From Gordius albopunctatus (taxonomy: Eukaryota): 64,000 bases of DNA. Under the pieces are notes generated by a model. It worked only from the letters and a program-made list of their open reading frames with translations, was not told the DNA's origin and did no database searches. The position numbers and the translations under genes were made by a program. Each line of letters starts with the position of its first letter. Position 1 is the first letter of the stretch. Shown piece after piece: positions 14,301 to 58,772 of this stretch. Where the stretch lies: contig OZ193910.1 in assembly GCA_964276515.1 (NCBI GenBank), positions 2,108,001 through 2,172,000 on the forward strand, written 5' to 3'.

Positions 14301-16289
14301 TACGACATGGCTCTGTGTTTTAAAAATAATTTATATTTCATAACGTATACCATGGAAAATATTTATTGATAATATGGTGGTAATATGATCAGGCAGATGA
14401 ATAAATATTTAGAAGAAGTAACAAAATTTTGAGGTCTAAAAATTCTGATGATCACTGATTAATTTTGTTTTTATATAAAACCTGTTTCAAACTCAACAAG
14501 CAAAAAATCTATTTCCCTTATCATTTCCCCCAAAATCGATCAGCATTAAAAACAAAAATGTAGAGTTTACAAATTTAAATATATTTGAAATTATATTTTT
14601 AAGAATAAGTTATTAAGCTTTGACGATTAAATAAATATTTTTTTAACTCGCCTATGTCAATCTTGAGTTGACCGATTTGTTAGCATCTCGGTCAGATTGG
14701 GGAGTATATTTTTACAAGTTGGATTTTTAATTTTAAAAGTGTCGTTAGTTTCTTTAAATTTTAGATTAAATTTTTCAAAACTTATAATTCACATCTCCTA
14801 GTCAAGTTTATATTATTAAAACCTTGCTCTTCCATAAAATTTACTATAGATTGCCAAATTACTCTAATCTAATTTAAAATATGAAAGATATTAAATATTG
14901 ATGTTTAGGGATTTAGGTAAATTCTAAAAAATTTAATGCCCTATAATGAGAACAAGCTGAATCTCTTTGTGGTAAATTGTGAAAATGAGTCAACAGGCTA
15001 AGCCTCTGCTGCAACTAAAAATGAAGAGGGAAAAGCAGCAATTGAGTTTTGAAAGAGAAATACTATCATCGACTTTGTGATCAATAAGAGAAAGCAAATT
15101 TTGTTTGCCAAGCAAGGAAAATTCTGGCGATGATAACACTATTAACATTTTTCTTCGATAATGAATTTAGATGATATATTTGGCAAGCGGAATTAATAGT
15201 TTTAAAATTAGTGGTAGCAAGGGTATAAAGCCCAAAATATAATTTTTAAAACATATTTAGAAGTAAAAATACAGATTTTTTTGTTTATAATCCAAATATT
15301 TGTTAAAATTTTATAAACAAATTATGGCTAAAATTTCAAAAAAAGATCATTTTGCCCGCCCCCCTAAATCATTATTGACCCCGCCCATGCATGTAAATCA
15401 TACTTAATTTGATAAAAATAGCTAAATGGGCTCTTTTACAAATTAATGCCTTTTACTAAAGCAATTATTAACATTTTTTATAGTTGTTTTTTGAGCAAAT
15501 ATGTTTACAATGCAATTTTTTCCACAAAATACAATGCTATTTCCTGATAAATAGTTTAGTATATGATTAAAAGCCGAATGCAAAGGTTATTGTAGCGTTA
15601 AATAGCGAAAAAAGTTGAGAATTTCTGGGAAATCTAACATGATCGGAATTTTGAATAATTTCCCAATTTTCTACCACGAGTGCTTCCGATATATTTTTCA
15701 TAAGTATTAATAATAATTATTAAATTTTAACTTTTTTTTGCAAAATCTACCTATTAAATAAGTTATATTACAATAAAAAACCTATTAATTTTTAAACGAT
15801 GTTTAATAAATAGCTAAAAAAGGCTTAGTGTCAATTTATGTTATGAATGGAAATAGTTAGTAGTCCCTCTTTAGAAGTGAGTAATCTAAACATTTAAAAT
15901 TTTTAAAGCGTACATTCCTAAGTTTAGGAATCAATATTAGAAAATTGGGGTATTTAAATACCCCATTAATGCTGTTTATTATTGCAAATTTATCTTTTAC
16001 AAGTATATATCAAGGTGGCTTTCTTTCGCAAGGTAAAAGACATTTTGTTTTGGAATTCCTTTTTAAATTTATTTATCGATGTTTTATAGAAGTCGTGGGC
16101 AGAATTAAAAAAACACAACAAATATTTATAACAAAAATAAGGTAAAAAGGGTAAATGCAATATAAAATTGATTTATTTTTCAACTGAGTTTAATAAAATG
16201 TTTAGAAGCGTAACATACTTGCCAAGTTCTTGTTTTTGATCAAACGAGGTAAAGAATTCATCAATTGGTCGAATACCCACGTTAAACAT
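8374..16289 (-). CDS. MYLK: Myosin light chain kinase-like Ca2+/calmodulin-regulated kinase (kinase domain, CaM-binding segment, basic Pro/Ser-rich tail); 7 exons, about 528 aa
   Basis: Exons 16219-16289, 13348-13551, 12564-12905, 10920-11072, 10220-10343, 9219-9542, 8374-8742; all GT-AG with consistent phases (1587 nt). Motifs: ELGKGRFGEV, YAAK, GGELFDKVVDDDF, HLDLKPENVMC, KLIDFGLA, KVLFGTPEFMAPEVVNYE, LSGLSPFMG, and KYLIHHRWQQAIGAIKTINLL, which resembles the MLCK regulatory segment. An alternative in-frame ATG lies at 16307. Confidence 0.88.
11471..12211. mobile_element. Non-autonomous hAT-like DNA transposon in an MLCK intron
   Basis: Imperfect TIRs TAGAGGCCAGATT and AATCTGGTCTCTG, a perfect 8-bp TSD ATAGCAAC on both sides, and subterminal GCCCG/CGGGC repeats. 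Confidence 0.8.
13624..13774. mobile_element. MITE family B (TIR TAGTGTTGTAAAAA); representative copy
   Basis: TAGTGTTGTAAAAA...TTTTTACAACTCTA with 8-bp TSD CAATATAC. Related copies or fragments at about 6760-6900, 7445-7626, 8888-9055, 9720-9905, 14126-14273, 40525-40650, 46005-46180, 46710-46827 and 57032-57180. Confidence 0.8.
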
Positions 16290-19200
16290 CTTCAAAATTT
16301 TCAACATTTATAACAAAAATTTGGATTAAATTTTTATTAAAATCAACAAAACTTTATGCAATCCATAGGCCCGAAGGTAAAAATTAAAATACAAATGAAC
16401 TTTTATTCTACTAGTAGGTACTAAAAAAATTTCAATTTTTTTTAAATAAAAATATATTAGGCTAAACTTAATTTGACCCTCTCAAAATCGAATGTTAAGT
16501 TGAATGTGCAATTCAACTTATTTAAAATTGCTACAGAAATATTGATTCTTGAGTCATTTAACAAAATTAAATACTCATTTAAAAAGCTTTCAATATTGCA
16601 CCTCAGGCCTCAATTCAAATAATACAATAAAAAACATTTATTTTGTATCAAAGAAATACCTTTTCTTCCACTAAAGCTAGAATATTATTTTAATTTGTAT
16701 AATTTAGAGGAATATAATCTGCAAGAGTTTTCCGCATAATAAAACTTCTTTAAACCCTAGTTGAAGAGCATTTTCAATCATATTTGCGAATTATAAGAGA
16801 GATACAGCAGTAAAAAAGAAGTCGATTAAAGTATAAGTCGATATTATAAGGAGACTTTGGTCAAAAAGTCCAAACACCAACAAAAATACTCGGGGAATCT
16901 AGATTTTGGCAAATAAACGACAGAAGGGGTGGATGTTGTTCTTGATAAGATGAAGTAGAATCAAAAATATTCTCATACCACCTTCTGTTTGTACTTATAA
17001 TATTATTGAGCGTCAATATTTTTCCAATATTAATATAGGATTTGAGGACTAGGGCTAATATCTATCCAAAAAAACTTTACTCCTATCTTCTCACTCACTT
17101 TCTTTCTCGCTACAAAGCTGATGGGCGTAGCAAAGGGGAGGCAGGAAGGGGCGGCTGCCCCTCTAATTTTATAAATTATTGAAAATGTCGCTCGATTTAT
17201 GGCTCAAATTTTAAAAAAATTGTCATTTTGCCCCTCTCCTTATAATTGCCCTCTAGCTCCAATCCTGGCTAAGCCCATGTATAAAGCCGATGAAAAAAAA
17301 TATTTTTTTTCAAAAAACAAAAATATACTAGTAAACCATATAAATTAATTCCTAAATCTAATATTACTTCGATAAAAACATGGACGTAGTCGGCATTGGA
17401 TTTGGGGGTGTTTTTTAAAATTTCAGCCAAAATTTTAATAAATTTCAACAAATTTTTGGATTTACAGGGGGGGGGCAGCCGCCCTTCCTCCTCTTGCTAC
17501 GCTTATGAATAAAAATATGGATCCTAAATTTTAAAAAATTCAGCATAATCCACCCACCACCCCCGCTTGAATATCTACTGTGCCCTAATCCATCAAGATA
17601 GCTAAATGGGAATTGTCGCAAATTAATCAATTTTCGACGACATTTGTCCCGTTTTAACATCGAGTATCACTCTCCTGGCCCAATATCTCAAAATTAAATC
17701 TCTGTGACAAAAATTGTTATGGAGCGCGCCGGAAGAGAAACATACAAGCTCTACAAGATCAAGGTCATAGAAGTGATTAATATTCTAATCATGATTAAAT
17801 ATCGATTTACTTAAACTTGGAAGCGCTAAATTATAAAGTAAATACTGCTTAAAGGCAGGCAAGCCAATGCCCTAAAGCCATGGGCGTTCCAAAAATTTGT
17901 TGAAATTTATTAAAATCATGGCTAAAATTTCAAAAAATGGTCATTTTGACACCCCTTAACCCATTAGTGCCCCCTTTTAATTCAAATGCTCGTTACTCCT
18001 ATAGCTTTAAAAATTTTATTGTTATGGAAGTTAAATTTATGCATGTTTTCAACAGCTTTTTCAGAATAATTTTGGATTTGTTACATCATATATTACTGAT
18101 GCCTTGTAATTTTATTATACAAGACAAGTTCTTTAACTCCTCAATTTTTAATAATATTGAGCGTTTTGTTGGCTGTTTTAAGCATTAAAGAAATAGCGAG
18201 TCAATATTTTTTTGCAAAGTCGCACTTAGAGTTATACAGAAGAAAGGGTGTGTTTATAAGCTTTAAATTGTCGAAATTCGAAGGAAATCGTTTAAAATGG
18301 CTAGGTTTTAATTTTTGGAAAATCCCCGGAAAGTGACAATATTATGGGAATAGCCTTAGAATAAAACTTTTTATTAAGCAGAGGGGGGGGGGGGGCTTCC
18401 CCCTCTAAATCCTAAATTTGTTAAAATTTATTAAAATTAGGGCAAAATTTTTCAAGGATGATCATTTTGCTCCCTCACGGAATCCTTTAATTTGGATGCT
18501 GGCTAGGCCCATGATTACATAATTACTTAATAATTTATAGAGTCTTATAAATATTCATTTAAAATATTACATCCTTGATTCATATTAAATAAGTCATTTC
18601 TTTGGTAATACGGCGTAACGACCGCGCTAGAATAACACTTAGTATAATATACACGAAAAATGGAATATTTTCGCAAAATAAACGAATATAATTATGTATA
18701 TATAACAACAGGAGGAGGAGGGGGGGGGCAAAAGGGGGCACGGTGAACATTTAAATGCCCGCAACTGGCTACACAATTCCCACGTCGAAAGGCTTTGCAA
18801 TAATGCAACGAATAGATGACGAAGAGACACACAAAGCTTATGTTTTAAATAAAATGTCGGCAAAAATAAAAATATTTATGGGCAAGGGGGGCACGCGCGG
18901 GGGTTTACAATGTATAAGATTGGCGGACAAGCATTGGGTGTTACAACTCGATGGAAATGAAAGGGTAGAAATTTCACAAAACAGCACACACGTGTATATC
19001 TTCCTTGGTGAATTTCGTGAAATTTCCAAATTTCAATTCCATTCAAAGGCAGGATGTAATTGTTTACACACAATTCCTCCAACAGAGTAAATCAGAGATT
19101 TCGTATGTGGTCTTCACCCAGATTTTCTAGCCTGCTTGACAATGGAATGGACCCGTCTGCAGAAGGGAAGATTTCGGTGGCACGTGATAGGAAGCGGGGG

Positions 19201-19290
19201 GGGGGGCAAAAGGGGAAACGTATCGAGGGAGGGACATAGAGAGGGAATCAAGTGTTTTTACAACGGTGAGCTCTTCGGGAAACTTCACTA

Positions 19291-50345
<31,055 letters not shown>

Positions 50346-50724
50346 TTAAAAGTTTATAATCACATGTTTGCCATATGGTAAAATGCGTGAATGAGTTCAA
50401 TTCAAATTCGCTCTTGCCCATCTGCTGGGCTACAGTCATAAATTTCTTGCCTTCGAAATTGGTATTAGGCTTATTACAATTAAAAACTTGTCAAGTGAAT
50501 AATTTAATATGACGTTAAAAATTTACTGATAGTCTGTGCTTTGCATTTGACGCCTTCAGGAACTCTTTAAATGCAATTCTGAATTAAAACGGTTCCGTGT
50601 TTAACATGTCAACAAGAACTGAAGTTATATTTTTAAATTAAGGGGAGAGAGAAGTGAGTGTAATAATAGGCATTTGTTATGATGTGCGTTCATTTATTAT
50701 ATTTTATGTTTGTTGGATCTTTCG

Positions 50725-52349
50725 TGTTTTGATCTCGTCTCGGTCTCGAAAGAAAAATCTCGGTCTCGTCTCGACTTTTTTGGAAAATATTTATACGAAA
50801 TAAAATTTTTCTCCATTTTATTAAAAATTAATAAATGAGTGTTAAAATATCCAAACCTTGAAAAACCTTAATTCACAGACTTTGTAAAGGTTTAGAGCGA
50901 CACGAAATCTCACTTACAATATAAGGATATTAACTAATTTCTAAGGTTAAAATTTTTTTGGAAAGTTTAAATTAAAAAACTATAAATAAATTTGAAGTAT
51001 AGTACGAAAGGACCACTTCTATAATATATTAAATAGTAAATAGCATAATTATGTATTAAATTTCGAATTTAATGGTGGTGTTTATTGACACTTTTTAGAT
51101 TTGAGTTTAAACCAGTACTCATGTGAGTGTTTATAGCTGAATTATATGTAATAAATATACTAACAAAGACCCTATTAAATTATAAAATTCTAGCAAATTA
51201 TAACATTTGTATCAAATTTACTGTCTATCAAATATAAATACACTTAAATATTCATAAGTTCACCTATATTTGACTTAGTTATATATTTGGGCATATTGAG
51301 ACCCCTTATTAACCCTGTCTAAAGTCTCAAAGTTGACATAAACATATTCAAGACAAACGTTTAAGTCCATTGATATTACCATCATCAATTATAGCCCATA
51401 GATAATGCATATTTACTATTGCGTTATAAACGACATATTGTTATTTACAGAATTAATAACTAGTTGCACATATTAAGACGCTGTAAAAACAATAATAAAA
51501 GCAGCATTAATATAGGATAAAGAAAATAAGGTCTTACAACTTTAAATCAAAGTGCACGTGTTTTTATTTATGATAAAAATCATTATAATCTAATTTTTTA
51601 ATCTAAATAATTACCTTCCATCGTGTTTATTTATTTTATATTGCACAATTGACACAATTATAGAAATTATAGTAAATTCGAATGCACCTCCCAAGCCTAG
51701 TTTATAATATAATAGGTAATGCATTTGACAAAACAATGTTATTACATAATGTCTTATTAAAATTTGGGATCTATACTATTAGTTAAAGGATGAAAACTTC
51801 TAAAAAACTCAAGATTAAATCTATTAGGGTGTCATCTAATACTCAAGAGTACTTTTGGAATAGGCAGGAACAAATGACGGTAGGGTGCTCAAAAAATCTC
51901 GAGCCACCTTGCCTAAAATTGTATAATTTTTCAAACTAATTGACCACCAATTTGTAATTACCGCATTATGCAGGATCAGAAACTGCGAAAAATTGATAAA
52001 TATATTATTAAATTATTCAGATACCCTATGAGCCATCCATACTTATGTAAATGAACTGTAATTGCCAAATTTCAAACTTTTTGCAAAAATAGATCATATT
52101 TATTACACTTTGGTGTTATTTTAATATCAAATATATTCCTGTTATATTGATTTATATTAAATACCGTAAATGTAAATCATGCAAATAAAAATAGGCAATA
52201 ATTTACTAAAATTTAATGATTAATAAAAAGTCGAGATCTCGCCAAAAAATCTCGTATTTTCTAGTCTCCACATCGATATTCTCGTCTCGATCTCGGTTCA
52301 AATTTTCTGATTGAGATCGAGAATTTTCTCGGTTCTTCCGCATCACTAG
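50725..52349 (-). mobile_element. Decayed hAT transposon remnant upstream of the CaMKII start codon
   Basis: Minus-strand NWWSISLKNYTILGKVARDFLSTLPS at about 51875-51952 fits the hAT C-terminal dimerisation motif WW...Y..L..VARD.L. The terminus TAGTGATGCGGAA ends at about 52348 with TCTCG repeats, and the same terminus appears at about 60013-60135. Confidence 0.65.
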
Positions 52350-53149
52350 ACCTTTTATATATATTTACTAGATATATATGATCGGATTAAAAATTTGAAT
52401 AAACTATATTTTGGGCCATCAATCTATAACAGTGGGGAAAAAGCGAATACACACTTAAGTCAAAAATAAAAGCATCTATAAAAAATTCTTTTTAATGCTA
52501 AAACCTTTAAAACCTATACAGATAACATTTAACGCTTCACAATTATATAACACAGACACTTAAGTAAAATGCTATTTTTACTTATTTTGATACTAAAATT
52601 AACAAAAGTCCAAATAGAGGTAAGCATATTCAATTATCATATACAGTAAGCTGCTACTCATATAATTCATCACAAACCTTCTTAAAATCCTAGAATAGTT
52701 CCACACAATTAAGTGATAAAAATATGTTTTTGTTGAATGCCTATTATATAACTTAAAGTTACTACAAATAGATAGTAACGCATTATTTGTGGCACAGTTA
52801 GGTTAAAGTTACTTTCGAAATGTATGTAACTTTTTATAAATATATACAGTTCAAAATACTTTGATACAGCACCTACATACCTTTAAGGTTATTCATTTAA
52901 ACTCTTCCGCCAATTAAAAAAATATTTTTAAACATAATTTATTCAAATTTTCGTATAATCAGCAATAAAACATAAGATTCAAGATTATCATCCAATACTT
53001 GTGCGTTTGACTAAATATTAATACAAAGATTAAAAAGTTTCTCGACTGTAGTGGTATATTATTAGATAGAAAAATTTAATCTAGAATAATTATTATTATA
53101 AAATTTTATGTAATTATCATTATTATTTAGGTTTATAGATTTAGAGATG

Positions 53150-53300
53150 GGGCGTGAGGGTGTAGTTGATATGAGCTTTGTCTTTAAACAAGAGCTCGCG
53201 TTTTAAAATCCCGCTTTCGGCACTTTCTTTCAAAAGATTTAAAATCACATCGTCAACACGGCTGTCAGTCTTTGATAGCCGAGTGTCACCCCTCATATTA
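53150..53300 (+). mobile_element. tRNA-derived SINE-like repeat; other copies at about 60370-60553 (-) and 62540-62715 (+)
   Basis: Three alignable copies share a degenerate tRNA-like head (B-box-like GGTTCAAAT/GGTTCAATCCC in two copies) followed by AAAATCACATCGTCA..ACGGCTGTCA...GATAGCCGAGT.TCAC. Confidence 0.5.
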
Positions 53301-53309
53301 ATATATTGT

Positions 53310-54950
53310 CCATGTTAATACTACCATTGATAATATGACTTTTTAACCTTCCGATGGCTACTGACCAATGGAAAAAATGACCATTTGTCAAATTGTGTTT
53401 CGAATTTTTTTTTTTGTTTTTGAATCGGTATATTAGCTTAACATTGATAATGACTTCATGTCCTCTCCTACAAGGACCTATGCCTCTACTGATATGGGTC
53501 CCTGTGCCCCTACATAGGCTTATGCCTCTAGTGATGTGGGTTCGAATCCCGGAGAGGACAAATTTTTTTAAATTAAATTAATATATTGTTCTTGTTAATA
53601 CCATTGATAATATGACTCTTTGGCCGTCCGCTTCCTACTAAACAATGAAAAAAATGACCATTGACCACATTGTGAATTGAAATTTTTTTTCTCGTTTTTT
53701 TGTCTCTTATGTATTTATATCATTTTTGACCGTCTCCTGGCTGCTGATTAATAAAAAATGACAATTGGCCAAAGTATAAATCAAAAAATTTTTCGTTTTT
53801 TATCGTCTCATGTGTATTTAATTTATATCCTTTTTGAGCGTGTCCTGGCTACTTATCAATGGAAAAAATGACCATGGGCCAAAGTTTAATTTTTTATGAG
53901 TTTGACATTTTCTAATATATAATCAACTAATCGTTTATTTTTATTTAATAACTTAGAAATTTTTAGGTCAAAAGTTGTTTTATAAAATATTATTAAGTTA
54001 CCGAAATAAAATGACTCCAAACCTACCATATTATGTGGAAAGATGATTGTTAAAATTCATCAATAAATTAAGAATATAACTAAATATGAATACTTATTAA
54101 GTAATAATGTATTATAACAAGCAATTTAAATGGCCCTATCGCGGCAAAAAACAAAATTTATTACACCTATAATTTTACCGGCTGAATATAACCATAGTCT
54201 AACTAAACTCTAAAGAAAGAAAATATATCACCTAAAATCAGGTGTAAGGCAAATATTCGAAATTTGGACAAATACTCTAAGATATTTTTGTTAAGTTATT
54301 GAAAAATTCATATTTTTACACTACACCTATTAACTTTAATGATTTTTTGAAATATTTCATGGGTCACCTTAAAAACCAACGAGAAAATTATCTTGTCAAA
54401 TTCTTTTAAGTTCATCCCGCCTTATTCCTACTGCTTGAGCTTGTATTTGCTGTTACAACTTAACCTCTTAAGCATTTTGCCCCTCTTGATGACAGAGCTT
54501 ATGCGTCCAAGCACATATGCTAGTATTTTAATCTAACCCATTTATCGATTTTTTAATTTAGTCCAGTTTTGATTTCGGATTTGAAATGTATCTGACTTGC
54601 TGGTTCGATACCCGGAGAGGACAAATTTTTTTAATTAAATTAATATATTGTTCTTGTTAATACCATTGATAATACGACTTTTTGGCCGTCCGCTGGCTAT
54701 GGACCAATGAAAAAAAGGATCATTGGCCAAATTGTGATTCAAATTTTTTTTTCGCTTTTAAATTGGTATATTAGGTTAATATTAATAAATCCCCCCCCCC
54801 CTACATTCGAATCCCGACGAGGGCAAATTTTTTATTATTTTTTATTATTTAATTAATATATTGTTTTTGTTAATATGACTTTTTGGCCGTACGCTGGCTA
54901 CTGACCAATGAAAAAATGACCATTGGCCAAAATGAGATTAAAATCGATTT
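53310..54950 (+). repeat. Two patches (about 53310-53885 and 54600-54950) of the same tandem-repeat and tRNA-like units carried by the Helentron-like element
   Basis: Reverse-complement matches to 24643-26340, including GGTTCGAATCCCGGAGAGGACAAA and CTACTGACCAATGAAAAAATGACCATTGGCCAAA. Confidence 0.75.
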
Positions 54951-57432
54951 TTTTCTTGATTATAATTATATTGCTGTCAAAATAACGATTTAAAAATGCA
55001 AGAACTAATTTTGTCTTACTTTCAAAAAATTTTTATCTAATTCTAGAATTTTTATAAATAGTAATGTGACAAAAAATAGTAAATTATATTAAAAAAACGC
55101 ATTATGGTGCCCGCCCAGGGCTACTTAAAAAACTCAATTAAGAACGGTAGCCTGCCCGACCCCTTAGCCGAGTGGGCTCAGCAGCGAGCCCGACTTTTTG
55201 GTTGTTTAATTGTTACTTTGAATTACAAATAAAATGAAATAAAAAATTTTTGCCAGATTTCTCCCCCCCCCTCGTGAAAATCCTATCTACGCGCCTGTGT
55301 CCCTAACATAGCTAACTGAACCCTTATTCAAAAATTAGCAGCTGGTCGCCTGTCTATAATATTATTAGTTTGTGTAAATTACATGCATTGATAATTACTT
55401 AATTCATATAAAAATTTACTAGGTATTTCATAAAATACGATTGCTGTTTATAATTAAATTTCAGTTGATTCGTGGAGCCAATAAAAACACTTTGAATTTC
55501 TTTCTCTTGCGAATTAACATTCTTATATAGGGATCGTTCATTACGGTTTGTAGAGTTTGTAGACATATATAGAGGTGATGCGATGTTAAAATACAAAAAC
55601 CGTTATCTTGATTTCGGTTAATGAATGTATCTCGGGATTATATTGGTCCAAAAACTGCGGCCTTTGTTTACTTCGTATAAATAGATTAACGCGTTTTAGA
55701 TAATTAGAGAAAATATATGTGAATCATGTCGATTCAGAAATTTGCGAAGAATTTAAAGATTCATAGGGGATCTGAATATGAGCCAATTAATTCAAACGAC
55801 CTTAATTATTATTATTTCTAAAAACGGAAGAGGTACTTTGGCTAATCTGTAAGTAAGTTTGCTGCCATGGAACTATGCCTAATTACTGCTAATATAACAA
55901 TAGTAATATCCTAATAATACCATGCAAAATATTTTTTCAAACAAATATCAACATTGAAAACTTTATTAGTTAAAATTATTTGTATGTTCCCAAAAAACCT
56001 TACTAAGGATTCCATTAAAAACAACTCTATTGAAGGGCAAAATAATATATTTGATATACCTCTAAATATTGATAAAATATATAGCTATCAACCACCATCC
56101 CAGTCCCCGTGTGAATAGTGTAACCCGATTTAGACCTCACTCTAATGAAACCCGATTTGAATAAAAATGTTCAATAGAAATCTAGGACGTCCCTCACCCC
56201 TGTAACCCAATCTTCCACCCCTCTGCCTGTACGATAGATATTATATTTTTCACTACCCTCACAACTTTTATTGTTTGTACATTAATTAATTACCATCGCA
56301 TTGTGTGTTTGAGCAGAAACCAGATGGGGAAACTCATAGATTATATACATCTTACACTCTAACATTTTATGAATCAGAGTGATTTATTTTTGAAATCTAT
56401 CTACTTATTTGTTCGTGATTATCGCAATAATTATTAATGCCTAACGTTTTCGTGGGATATTATGAATGCAGCTAATTAAATTTAACATTGATTTAATTTG
56501 TTGGTGCCATAATTTCCCCTTTAAATCATTTTTGATAGGCTGCAATGCGAATATACTATTGTTACCACTCGTCTCACAACAAAGACTTTTAAAGAATTTA
56601 CTAGTGGATAGGATGTAAATAACATGCTAAAATGTCGGCACTTTAACCTGAAAGTGCTTGAGATCCCATAATTGCTGAAAAGAAGAAAGTTACACATCGC
56701 TTGACTACAAGATAAAAGAGGAGGAAAGTTGTGTAAATGTTTTATAGTGGGAATCTTAAATACGAGGTCTGCACGTGCTAAACAAATCTTTCATACAGGA
56801 AGAAATCGCCAGGCGGCATTATTAACTTGTTAGCTATCTTGATAGAAATGATTTGCGTAAAAAAGGAATATAAACCCCTAATCAGATGCAAATGCAAAGG
56901 AAACATCAACAGAAGATTAATCCCAGGAACTTCTACACTAATGGGTATAACAAAGTTGGGGAATGTAATAATTAACAACGATGATTTTACAGACGCTGAC
57001 TCCGAACATAAATGAAACTAGGTTTTGTGCAGTAGTGTTGTAAAAATGGCTAGGTTTTGTGTGGTTTTGGGTTTAGTCGACTAAACATAAAAGACCCTAG
57101 GTTTTTTGGTTAAACATTTGTTCTATTTATGCGACTAAAGAGCCCAACAATCTTTGGTTTGTTAATGTTTAGTTGACTAAAGGTAAGATAAATATCACCC
57201 ATATAATTGTTTTTAAGCCAGCAATTTAATGTAAAGCAATTAATTGGAATATTCATTAATTTAATTGTTAGATAAGCGTGATATCAATATCGGATTTTAG
57301 CCTTATGTGATATTGAATTAATCTAATTCAAATTAGCAAAACAGTGTATGATATCAAGGTTGCTTGTTATTCTGAATTCATATATATATATATATCAAAT
57401 CACACCCGTCTTAAGGAATATATGCTCTAAAA

Positions 57433-58772
57433 ATGTCTGTATTTCCAGCTAAACTTTACAATAATTTCCCAATCGGCGAACTCAATTTTGGCACGATAGA
57501 GATAAATATAAAAACTAAACAGTGGATGAGGGAATTAAAGAGACACCCTCTTAAATGTGAATTATATCCATATTTTATAACCATCACAGTGTTATTTAAT
57601 ATATATTTTGTTGCATACTGGATCCTTTCTAGGTATCCTCAAATGAATTCATCCATCAACATACCAGGTGGTAAGGTAGAGTCCTTAATTTTAATACTCA
57701 GAAAGATTATGTGTATTGTTACGACTAAAAAACTAAATTCTGATCATTTTGAAGAAAATTTTGAGGTTAATATGATTATAATCGCGACTTATTCATTTCT
57801 TAATATCCTTCTATCTATTGTCCAATGTGCTAACAGCCATTTTGATTGTAATTGGACACGGGCAAAAGATAAACTTATTGGTATCCTATCAACCCAAACA
57901 TCACACAGTATAAATGGGACCCTTAAGATAAGCGTTTTTGAAGAATCCAGAAAAAGAGGTGTTAACATCTTGCAAACAGCTTTGAAAGAAATCTATTCGA
58001 TTGATAATCACGCCTTTTCGCATATTATATAGCCAATGTTTATCTGCCTATTATACAAAGTATTGTGAGCGCAAGCTTTTTGTGCTCATTCACCTACGTC
58101 GCAGCGCGATACATAAGTATATCACGACCCGAAAAATATCGCGAGTGGGTAAACTCTAAACAAATCTATTTATACATAGCAATAATACTATTTGCTTGTA
58201 TCCTCCTTTACATTCCCTCTACTTTCTACTTCACCTTGGACGATTTTATCCAATTCCAAAATAATACTTACCAAATTGGATATGCCTTTCAGATCCTCAT
58301 CGTAAGTAAACGCATGGGAAGTTTGTGGTTATTATACGAAATCATTCGAGAATCAGTGACTAAATTTATACCATTCATCTTACTTTCATTTATGACTTGG
58401 ACTATTTGTCTGCACATCAAACACCAAAAGGCTCGCATCACTTCTCTAGGGCAATTAAGTTATCTTTCAAGGGATGGAAATTCTATAAGCATTGGACAAC
58501 CTCTAAATTCTGACCGAGCTAAAAAATCGTTTATTCAGGATCCATTTCTCTACATAACCTTTCTTATGATATTGAATTTCATAATTTGTATATTGTTACC
58601 AAGTTTATATACATTATACGTCAAAGCGACCACTAACCACAACCAAATGTATCGCGAATATGGTTGGTACGTTAGTTATATGTACAGTTTAAGTATTTTT
58701 GTCTATTCAGTATTTGTTCCTATTGGCTTAATGGTAGGTACCATAATCAATGGAGTTCTATTAAAATTATAA
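57433..58772 (+). pseudogene. Intronless class A (rhodopsin-family) GPCR, peptide-receptor-like, interrupted by one frameshift
   Basis: The two ORFs join through a 1-base shift at the T-run 58015-58018 (DNHAF/FAYYIANVYLPIIQSIVSASF). Multiple hydrophobic helices, a DRY-like ARYISISRP after TM3 and a TM5-like YEIIRESVTKFIPFILL. I found no NPxxY motif. Confidence 0.7.

Noticed and set aside
56500..57015. Cys-containing ORF (IRCKCKG) as a possible transposase remnant
   Set aside because: Too short and degraded to assign by eye.
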